Shown one piece after another: positions 22,887 through 34,800 of a DNA stretch of 64,000 nucleotides. The DNA is taken from NCBI GenBank assembly GCA_964514595.1, contig CAZEQZ010000001.1, positions 43,914 through 107,913 of the forward strand, read 5' to 3'. This DNA is from an uncultured Candidatus Saccharibacteria bacterium (lineage in GTDB: Bacteria; Patescibacteriota; Dojkabacteria; SC72). The translations under genes and the position numbers were made by a program. Within the stretch, counting starts at the first letter, position 1. Each line of letters opens with the position of its first letter. The notes below the pieces were generated by a model. It saw nothing but the letters and a program-made list of their open reading frames with translations. It had not been told where the DNA came from and searched no databases.

Positions 22887-25800
22887 ATGCAAGAAAAGTA
22901 CTGCCTAAAACTAGTAAAAAATATATTCATTTTTCTTGGAATACTGCTCCCAACTTTCTTTCTGTTTTTTATAGAAAAATCGTATGCACTCTCTACAAAT
23001 ACGATAAATTTGCAAGGAAAAATAGTTAGGAATGATACAGGGTATGAGGGATTGAATGTTACTACGGGTAATCCTTCGTGTGTTGTAGCTGGATCAAGTA
23101 ATGATACTTGTGATTTCAGAGTAAGATACTACAGTGCAGCTTCTGGAGGTACACTCTTTCTCACGGAAGTTTTTTCTAACAAAGAGATAGGGCAATACAA
23201 TGGTGCTTTCAATCTATCTCTTGGTTCTGATCCCTCTCCCACAGCTGGTTCATATAGTTCGCTAGATGCACTCGTAGCGGCAGAAAATACGGTATACATA
23301 GAGATAGGTTTCGATCCCGCAGGAGGTAATTCATATACAGAAACGTTCACAAGGATGTCTCTTCAAGCCACTGCATTTGCCATGAGATCAAAATATGCAT
23401 CTCATGCTAATACTGCATTTCAATTTGATACAGCAGCTAATTCCTCCGGATATGCTAGTCCTAGCGCAGGTATGGTTTACTGGGATACAACAGATTCAAC
23501 ACTTAAGGTATATGATGGTGCATCTTGGGTTGATATAGGGAGTGGAGGTACAGGGAGTTCTCTTTGGACACAGGGGACGGGCTTTGCCTATTTGACCACA
23601 TTGACAGATAGTCTGGTTCTCGGTGCTGATTCATATACTGCTATTGGTAGTGATACCTATTCGACTTATGTTGCTGGGTTGGGTGCAAGACCTCCGTTTT
23701 CTTTTGATATGGGCGCAGAAAGAGCTTCAATATCAGGAGATACTGCTAAGTCTGGTTTAACAGTATATTCCAACTACACATCAACAGGAGCTTGGCCGTT
23801 GGTTTTGTTTAAAACTGAAAGCTCTAACTTTGACAATTTGGTTCTAGAAATAGTCCAGGATGGTACAGGTCACCTTATGTCCTTAAAGAAGGGAAGTACA
23901 GAGGTATTTGCATTTGAAAACCCTATGACATTCTTCATTAGGCCCAGAGATGATGCCCCGACGATCTATGAGAATAGGTTGTACAATGTTGGAGGGACAC
24001 TCTATTGGAACGGTACGGCTTTAGGAGGAGGAAGTAGCTCTCTTTGGACAGATGATGGAACATACACATATCTAACAGATACAACAGACGATGTAATAAT
24101 TGGAGGGGATTCTGCATTGAACGCTCAATTCTATTTTGATGTTGCTAATGGAAGATTAGGTATCGGAACCGGAACTCCCACATCTAGGCTTGATATCGCG
24201 GGTGCTAGCTCCATAATCTCAAATAGCTCGGGAGACATCACAATATCTCCCGATGAGACAGTTGTCATAAAGGCACAGAATACAGATCCGAATAACTTGA
24301 TGGAGTGGCAAAATAGTTCTGGTACTGTGTTAAGTTTAATAAATCAGAGTGGATATGCAAGTCTTGGGAAGAGTACAGGTAGTACAACAGCTATGCTTTC
24401 ATTGGGTGCTAATACAGCTTCTGTGGCACAACTGAATTTAGCGGCTTCTAGTGCAATAGATGTGAGTAGTCCTAATACAGGGGATCTTTGGTATAACGGT
24501 ACCAATCTCTATTTCTATGACGGTACTGATCATATTGATCTTTTGGTAGGGAACAGTGATGGAGTTGGATTATTCTCAGAACATGGTTCAGTAGCTAGTG
24601 GTAGCTATCTTAATGTAGAGCATAACGATGATACATATAACATATTAGCAGATGGCTGGATATGTGTAGGGGGTAGTGAAAATGAGAGTTGTACAGGAGG
24701 AAATTGGAAGAATATCAAAGAAGAGAGTATTAGTATTAGGCATGCTTTAAAAGAGGATTGGGAGGATGCAGGAAGTACAGGAATCATAAGAACAGATGTT
24801 AGGGATACCTCTGTATCTCTTTCCCCAGCTTTTAATCCTGGTACAGGGGCAGATGGTGATGTAACGGTGCAGTACAATACAAATATTAATACAACAAGTC
24901 TATCTGCGGGGAGGAGTTGTGCAGATGGTGGAGATGCAGTTAATTACAATATAACTGCATTCCCATCTTCTACAACAGCTACACTTTCAGCTACACCAAG
25001 TACAGGTTGTTTGGCCGTAGGGGATGAGGTATTGATTATAAATCTCCAGGGTACATATACAGCTATGGATAATGTAGGTAACTATGAGACGTTGGAGATA
25101 GCTAATGTCTCTGGGACTACGATTACATTTAAGACAGCCAAGAAGAACTACTATGGGGATGGGTTAGCAGATGATACCAATTTAGGCACTTCTACTAGTA
25201 CGCAAAGAGTTATGTTACAGAGAGTTCCTAATTACAGAAATCTTACAGTTAATTCAGGTGTTAACTTCTATCCTTCTACATGGAATGGTGTAAAGGGAGG
25301 AGTTATATTTTTCAGAGCTAGTGTTAGTGCAAATATTAATGGAACAATAGATGTAAGTGGGATAGGGTATAGAGGAGGTAGTGCAGGTGGAAATCTTCAA
25401 GGGAGCTCAGGAGGAGAGGCATTTTGCGGACCTGGTGGTGCAGGGGCAACAACTACAACAAATGGTACTAGTGGGGCTGGTGGTGGTGGTGGGTATAATG
25501 GTTATTTGGGTGGAAATGGTTACTGTGGTGGTGGTGGTGGTGCAAGTAATGGCTCCACTTTAGGATTGGGTAGTGCTAACAGGGGGGGTTCTGGTGGTGG
25601 CTCCGAGTACGCAGCCGCCGGTAGCGGTGGAGGATATGGTACAGCTGGAAGTGGAGGAGCAAATTATACTGCTGGATCAAATGCTCCTTCTGGTGGGACT
25701 AATGCTTCTGGAGATGGAACTCTGTCGACCAGTGTTACATATAGTGGAGGAGGAGGGGGAGGAACATATGGGGAGGCTAATTTAAGTAAACTCTTTTTTG

Positions 25801-28800
25801 GGAGTGCTGGATCGGGAGGTACTGTAGGAACAGCTGGAGTTTCTGGTTCTGGTGGAATAGGAGGAGGAATAATAGCTGTTTATTCCAAGAGTGTAGTTGT
25901 TTCAGGAATGGTATCATCTAGAGGTACAGGCGGAGCTTCTGCTACAGTTGCTAATGCAGCAGGAGCAGGAGCTGGAGCTGGAGGAAGCATATTGCTTAGT
26001 GGTGAAAGTGTTAATACTGGAACTTCCTTTGTTGGTGCAAGTGGAGGAGCTGGAGGTACAAGTACTGGGTGGGTAGGAGTGAATGGTGGTGCCGGAGGTG
26101 ATGGCCGTATAGCAATATACTACTCTGACTCATATTCTGGTACCACAGCCAACCCCTCTGTTACCAACTACTACCAATCTGGATATAACTCATACGGTAT
26201 ATATAATTCTCCAGTAATAGCTACACCCAATGCTCAAACATATGACAATATTAGATGGAGTCAAGATTTAGATACATACGGTAATATCAGTATACAAACA
26301 AGAAGTGGTAATAGTACAAACCCATTAGATGCATCATGGGAAGAGTGGAGACCATTTGTGGTTAATCAAAACTACATTATGCTTGAAAGTGCCGATACCC
26401 ATACTAACTGGAGCGGTACTAACGCGACTGTCTCTGAAGGAGATGTAACTAGAAATGTGGACTATTTTGAAGATGAGGATGAAACTACTGCTACAAATGT
26501 AACTAAGGTGGTTAGTAGTACGAATGGGGGATATGTGGAGGCCGCAGTATCAAATGAAGACCTAAGTAACTATGACTACATAACTGCTTGGGTTAGGGCA
26601 TCTCAAATAGGGAATACCTTGAGATTAGGTTTTGGAGAAAGTGCTGGTACTGAACAGTATGAAGATATTACAGTAGATGCATCGGATACGTGGCAGAAGA
26701 TATATTGGGATATATCTGATATAGCTACAGGAGATAGGGATGATGTGACCGTACTAAGATTAACCAATAAGACGGGATCAAGTAATACGATATATTTAGA
26801 TAATGTTAGAGCAGAAAAATTAATAACAGATAACGATGGTAGTGATATAAGCAGTACACCCAATAACTATATGCAGTACAGAGTAGTATTTAGTACTACG
26901 AACCTTGCATACCAACCAATACTTAGGAACATAACCATATCCTATAACTCGGGATATCGCATAGTTATACATGATAATAATAACGTTAGAGTATACAACT
27001 ACAGTGGTAGTACAAAATATCTCAAACTAGATGTAGCAACATCTGGAGGTGGAGGTGGTGGAAGCGGAACTGGCTTTGTAGCAGGAGTTGCCACATCCAC
27101 AATAGCAGATGGAGAGGATGCTGTGGCGTTCACATTTAACACACCTACTTCATATACGGATCCGTCATCCAAGCTACTCTCTGTAATGAATAACAGTGTG
27201 GAGAAGATGTATCTGGATTCAAATGGAAACCTATATGTAGCAGGAAGTGTAATAGCGGGAAATGGTTTTGGTTCTGGATTGATTAATAATACAGGAGGGG
27301 CTGTGACAGAAAGAACATTAGTAACGATAGATCCTTCAACAAATGACTCCTTCATTACAACAAACATCGAAAATCAAATGGGAGCATTTGGTGTCGTAAC
27401 AGGAGTAAGTGTAAGTGGGGATATAAATAAGAATGGCGTTTGTGATGATGGAGATACATGTATGGTTGTATTTGAGGGAATTACTAATGTGAATACATAT
27501 GATGCCACTACAGCCTCTGTAGGGGACTATATATATTCATATTCTGAATATGGATATGCGAAAGCTTCATCTGAACAAGAGAATGGGTTAATAGGGATGG
27601 TTATGTCAACAGAAAACGCTGCTTCAGGATATCTTAAGATAGTCTTCTTTACACAAAATAAGAGTGCTGCTGATTTCTATCTTAATGTTGGTTTTGATAA
27701 GAATGCGTATAGGGATATGTACACACTATTGGCCAAAGATTATGAAGCTCTAAGTCTAGCGGAGAGAAGGGGACTAATAGAGAGTAATCAATCAGAAAGT
27801 ATTATGTTTGATACTTTTGTAGATGGATTAAAGATAGATAGTGAAAATTCTGATGTAGGCTTGGATATATACAATCAAAAGATGGGACTATGGGGTGGAC
27901 TATCATTAACAGATTCCACAACAGACATGGCATCTAATAGATATTTTGGTACTACTGGAGCAACATTAATAGATGCTGCATACTACTACGATAGGTCTCA
28001 GACAGGGGAGGTTGGCCAGGATTCCACAATAGGTGATTTGATTACCGATGGTATAGATCCGTATTGGTACAAGGGAGTCTCATACATAAGTGGGACTACA
28101 GCTCTATCTGCTAAATACAATGGGCTACTTTTCAATGTCACAGGTGCATACGGTACGTCCTCTGAGCATGGAAGTATAGAGATAGAGGTAGCAAGCCAGA
28201 CAGTTAGTGGTATTACAGCAAATATTTCATCTTCCGATGGTACATGTACAGCTACAGGTGCTACATTAACATTTGGAAATGAGTATTCATTCACATCTGG
28301 TAGTTGTAGTGGGAGTAGTATTAAGATCACACCTCAAAGAACAGATTATGCGGTGGGGGATAAATTTAAGATAGCAAGTTGGTATTTAGAACCAACCACA
28401 GCTAACGACAGAGGGAGTAGGAGAGATTTTCCAGAGAGATCCATCATCATACCTACTGCAACAGCAGGGGATATATATATAACCATAGTAGACTACGATA
28501 CACAGAGAGTATGGATGAAGTTTAATTCAGATACAGATGCAATAGCCACAGGTAATATCTTAATAGATAACGCAGACAAAGATATTAATAAGATATTCAT
28601 GATAAACGGAGATATGTATGTAGATTTTACTACAGTATCATCTAATGTAGATGCTATTGTAGTAGGATTTGCAAGGGATGATGCATGGGCAGTAAATGGA
28701 GCAACCTGGTACAAGTATGATACCAATATAGGGTTAAGAAATAATGGAGATGGTTATACTACAACAACAAATCCATATACATTCTCAGATGGGGATGGGA

Positions 28801-31800
28801 GTGGGGTATCATTTGTAGGTCTAGATTATGAGGTGTTTGGTAGTAGTACTATAAAAGGAATAGATAGTAATGCAGAAGATACCACAGGCATCTACTATAG
28901 CAACCCAGTAACATTCCAATACAATAGTAACAAAGCATACCTTTGGATGAATGCATATATAGATCCAGATGATACTTCAGGAGATATTTCAGTTTCCGTA
29001 TCTAACGATGGGGGTAGTACATATGTTGCAGGGAGCCTAATAAGAGCTACGGGTAGTACAGTTAAGGAGTATGAATATAGTTTCAACCTTGCTGATTCTG
29101 ATAATGAATATATAGTAAAGATAGAGCTAGAAAGAGGTAGTAGTAAGAAATCAACGGTATATGTAAATAGTTGGGGGTTAGCACAAATGGATATAAGTGG
29201 AGTAGGAGGTGGAGGATTATTTACTAATACAGAGAATGCAGTTCCCCACAAGGGTTATGTTGAAGTACTACACGGACAGAATACAAATAACATATTAGCT
29301 ACAGGTTGGGTATACAATACTAATTTAGCTAGATGGATTAAGACTAGTGAGAGTAGTATATCCGTAAGTCATGTAAAAGATTCGGATTGGTTAAAAGACC
29401 CTGATATGATACCTGCTACACCTATATGGGTAGATCCAATAACAGGAGAGCCTGGAGAGTTAGATGCAGGTACTGGGGCAGATGGTGATATAACAGTAAG
29501 TACTAATTCAGATATTAATGTAAATAAATTAATTACGAGTAGGAATGCTGCTTGTCCAGATGCTCCTAATTACAATATAACTACATTTAGTGTTGATGGA
29601 ACAGAGGCTACCATTACACCAGCTGCAGATACTGCTAATAGTTGTTTATCTCCAGGGGATGAGGTATTAATTATAAACCTTCAAGGTACATACTCTGCAA
29701 TGGTCAATGTCGGGAACTATGAGACCCTAACTATCGACTCTATAGATGTTACGGGTACAACTATTACATTCACAGAAGCTAAATCCAACTATTATGGAGG
29801 GAATATTAATGATGATAGTAACTTAGGTACTGCAACTAACACACAGAGAGTTATGATGCAAAGGGTGCCTCAATATGATGATGTTACTGTAAATGCAGGA
29901 ATAAACTTCTATCCTTCTGCATGGAATGGAATAAAGGGAGGGGTAATGTTCTTTAGGGCCACAGGCGAAGTAAATATTAATGGAACAATACATGCAGATG
30001 GGAAAGGTTATTTAGGTGCTACACAACATGGAGGATATAGTTACGCGGGTGGTGGTGGTGGTGAGGCTTTTTGTGGTGAAGGTGGTGATGGTAGTACTAC
30101 AAATGGGACGGATGGTGCCGCGGGTGGTGGTGGTGGTGCATCAGGCGGATTGGGAGGAGATGGATATTGTGGAGGAGGAGGAGGGGGAAGGGTTATTGAG
30201 GATCCGGGCCGAGGATCAGTAGGGCAAGGAGGTGCAGGTGGAGGTGGTGGTAGATATTCGGGTGGTGGTGGTGGTGGTTATGGGACTCCTGGTTCTGGCG
30301 GCCATAGAAGTTTTGATAACTACGGTGAAGACGGAGGGGCTAATACTTCGGGAGATGGTGGTGTCTCTACAGGAACTGGTGCAGGTGGAGGAGGAGGTGG
30401 TAGCTATGGTATTGAATCCTTATCAAAATTAATGCTTGGATCTGGTGGTGGGAGGGGTGGTAATCAAACATCTCCTATGCTGGGAGGTGCAGGAGGAAAT
30501 GGCGGGGGAATAGTTAATATTGCTGGTGGAACGATTAGGGTTAATGGGGCTTTAAGTAGTAATGGGGTCAATGGTGCAAATGGTGCAAGTGGAACATCAT
30601 ACTACACAGGTGGTGGTGGTGGTGGTGCGGGTGGGTCAGTGAGGGTAGAGGGGGGAGTTGTTAATATTGGGTCATCTTTGCTTGCTGCAAATGGTGGCGA
30701 TGGTGGAATCGGTAGAATATCCAATGTGGCAACTCAAAATGGAGGTGCAGGTGGTGATGGTAGAATCGCAATCTATTTTGCTACCAGTTATGTAGGCATC
30801 TCGGGAACACCTACAGTAACAAACTTCTATACAGTAGGGGAGGAAGTAGTGCAGAATCCTTCTAGTGGAAGTGATGGAGATTTAACACTTAGTACAGCTG
30901 GAACGGTAAACATAAACAGAACAAGCCCTATGGGTGTGAGATCTTGCTCAGATGGTGGTGATGCTGTTAACTATAACATTGTTGCATTTAACGTTGCTGG
31001 GAATGAAGCAACATTGAGTGTTTCTCCTAGTAGTGGATGTCTGGATTCGGGGGACGAAGTTCTGATAATCAATCTTCAGGGCTCATACTCAGCTATGAAC
31101 AATGTTGGTAATTGGGAAATATTAACAATAGATGAGGTAGTGGGTACAACAGTTACATTTACAACAACTAAAACAAAATATTACGGTAATAACTTAGATG
31201 ATGATACAAACCTAGGTACTGCAACAAATACGCAAAGAGTTATGCTACAGAGGGTACCTCAATATGAGGATGTTACTATAGGTGTCGGTGTAACACTTGA
31301 ACCAGATGCCTGGAATGGGGTAAAAGGTGGGGTTATGTTCTTCAAGGCAAGCGGTAGTGTAAGTATTAACGGAAATATAAGTGCAAGTAGTAAGGGATTC
31401 TTAGGGGGGGTTACAGAAGGTGGATATAATCATGGTGGTGGGCAGGGAGGTGATTCTTTATGTGGTCCTGGAGGTTCTCCCGGAAGAGTAGTCTCAGGAG
31501 GGGATGGTGCAGGTGGTGGTGGTGGTTATACGGCTGGTACTGGAGATGGATATTGTGGTGGTGGTGGTGGTGGTGAGCCAACAGGCGGTATAGGTAGTGT
31601 TACAAGTGGTGGTGCAGGTGGTGGTGGTGGACGAAGAGCAGGTGGTGGCGCGGGTGGTTATGGCACTGCTGGGACATCAGGAACGTATAATGCATTAACC
31701 TATGGTGCTACTGATGGGGGGACTAACAGTTCGGGTGATGGTGGTGCAGTAGCAACTGGAATTGGCCCAGGTGGTGGTGGAGGAACATATGGAGATGAAC

Positions 31801-34800
31801 AATTAACAAAACTATTCCTTGGTTCGGGAGGTGGTAGGGGAGGAAATAATGCGTCCCCTCAACTCGGAGGTGCAGGTGGTAATGGTGGTGGTATTGTGTA
31901 TATAGTTGCCGACTCTGTTACAGTGTCTGGTACTTTAGCAAGTAACGGTGCTACGGGTGGTAATGGTGCAAGTGGTACATCATACTATACAGGTGCTGGA
32001 GGAGGTGGGTCAGGCGGTGCAGTTAGGGTTGAGGGAAGAACGGTGAATATAGGTTCCTCTGCACTCACAGTTACAGGGGGAAGCAGTGGAGTTGGTAGAT
32101 TTAACAATACGGCAGTAAATAATGGTGGTACTGGTGGTAGTGGTAGAGTAGCAGTCTACTATACAGATACATACTCCGGTACATCTGGGACCCCAGCTGT
32201 CACAAACTTCTACGAACTAGATCCAAGTACGGTAGGAGATGAGGATGTAGAAGCTCCAACGGGGATAATAAGGGCTATGATTGGTTTAACTGAAATATCA
32301 TTAGAGTCTGGTATAGATGTAGGGGATGGTAGGGATGGTAATGTGACAGTTGCTTATAATACGAATATAAATAGGACAAGTTTAATAGCAGGAAGGAGTT
32401 GTGCTGATGGCGGGGATGCCGTTAACTACAATGTTCTTGCTTTTAATTCTGCTGGGACAGAGGCAACGTTAGCTAGAGCTCCAAGTTTGGGTTGTTTAAA
32501 TGCAGGAGATGAAGTTTTAGTAATAAATCTTGCAGGTACTTCGTCCGCATTTTTTAATGTTGGCAACTATGAGACATTTAGAGTTCAAAGTATAACCGGT
32601 ACCACAGTTAGGTTTACTACGGCAAAAACCAAATATTATGGTAATAATCCTAATGATGATTCAAATTTAGGGGTAGCAAATAATACACAGAGAGTCATGC
32701 TACAGAGGGTCCCAAATTACCAGAATTTAACAGTAAATAATGGAGTTACCTTCTATCCGGATGAATGGTCAGCAGAGGCCAAGGAAAATTCGGTATATAG
32801 AGAAGGAAAGGGTGGTGTAATGTTCTTTAGAGCAACAGGGAGTGTAAATATAAATGGTACTATAAGCGCTTCCGGAAAGGGGTACAGGGGTGGTGGGAGG
32901 ACTGTGCAAGGAATATATGAGGGCTTTAAGGGAGAGTCGTATACGGGAGGGTATAATTTATATACATCCTGGTCTCCTAACGGAGGAGGAGGAGGTGGTG
33001 GTGGTGATTATTCTGTGTCTTCAAATACTGAGGCTGGTGGTGCAGGAGGTTCCTATGGAACAAAGGGGCAGGATGGTGGAGCTGGGGGGACATTTGGTGA
33101 TCAAACAAAAGGTATTGCCGGGGATATATATGCTGTAGGAGAAGATCTTAGTGATAGGATATATTTTGGTTCTGGTGGTGGTGCGGGATCTAATGATAAT
33201 GACACGGCTAATGGTCCATACGGAGGTGCAGGTGGAGATGGGGGAGGTATAATTGGAGTGTTTTCTGGAAGTATTGTGGTTAGTGGGAGCGTTGCTAATA
33301 ACGGTGACAATGGTGAAGCTGGATATAGGGGTTCTGCGAGCGACAATGAAACTGGAGGAGGTGGTGGGGGGGCAGGTGGGTCCATATATCTTGCTGGTGC
33401 AGGTGTATCTGTAGGAAGTAGTTTAGTTACAGTAAATAATGGTATAGGCGGTTTGGCTGGTGAGACAGCAGCTGCCGAAGCTGGTGGTGTTGGTGGTCTC
33501 GGCCGTATAGCTATTCACTACTCTGAAACATACTCTGGTACATCTGGTAATCCAACTGTTACAAACTTCTATGAAGGAAGCTCATACTCATACGGTATGT
33601 ATCACTCCAATGAAATAGTAACAAAAGGTGCTGGATCATTCTCAGATTTAAGATGGGATTACAATAATAATGGATACGGTAGAATATCTGTTCAAACAAG
33701 AACAGGTGCCACTGCAGATTCCACAGATGGCTCATGGGAGGAGTGGAGATCCACTAGTCCAACATATGAAGCACAATCCCTAAATGATGCTGAGAACGCA
33801 TCCTCTTGGGTTGGCACTAATGTTGTAGTATCTGATGGAGATGTGACAAGGGATGTGGACTTCTTCGAAGATGAGGATGAATTTACAACCGGTAGTATAA
33901 CTAAGATGATATCCTCTACTAATGGAGGATATGCAGAATCAACAATATCCTCAACTGATCTCTCAGGATATGAATATATAACATTCTGGGTTAAAGCTTC
34001 GGTATTAGGGCAGAAACTATCCTTTAGTATGGGAGAGAGTTCAGGTGATGAGCATACTGAGGATATAGTGATAGATAGTTTGGAATGGCAGAAGGTATAT
34101 TGGGATTTAGCTGATATACCCGCTGAAAATAGAGATGCTATAACAAAACTTAGAATAACCAACCTATCCTCAGTAATTAACACCTTCTATATAGATAACG
34201 TGAGTGCAGAAGGAAGAGGTACTAGCAGTATAGATAGGATTAATTCCACACCAAATGACTATTTACAATATAGAGTGATATTTACAACCACAGATTCTAG
34301 ATATAGACCAGAGCTACAAAGCATATCCTTCACATACAATATCGGATATGAAATTGTACAGATAGATACAAATAGAGTAAGGCTATACAACTACTCAGGA
34401 TATACTCAAAAATTAAGACTAGACATAGCTACTGGGGGATTGATGATAGATTTAAGATCCAGTCTAGGTTCGAGTACTGTCAATCTAGCACCAACCATAG
34501 CTCAACAAGATTGGGACGACTACACAAACAGTCTGTGGGTGAACAAGACAGGCACAGAGGGTAACTTCATGAGATTCCAGCAGTATGGAGTGGACAAATT
34601 CGTCTTAAGTGCGGATGGTACTATGGAGATGAGGGGAGGCACCATTACATTAGGAGATACTGGATTAAAGGGGAGTATAAGATTTAATACCGGTACCAAT
34701 AAGTTAGAATTCAGTAATGATGGCTCAACATGGATACCCGTTGCTGACTCTCTCTCCGCAGTTACTCTTGCTGCAGAATACTCAGGAGCGGTACTGTCTG

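Noticed and set aside
25380-33500. Possible CRISPR array or noncoding tandem repeat because of highly repetitive GGTGGTGGTGG tracts
   Set aside because: The repeats are in frame within one uninterrupted 4117-aa ORF and encode conserved Gly/Cys-rich protein segments. There is no repeat-spacer periodicity and no cas genes.
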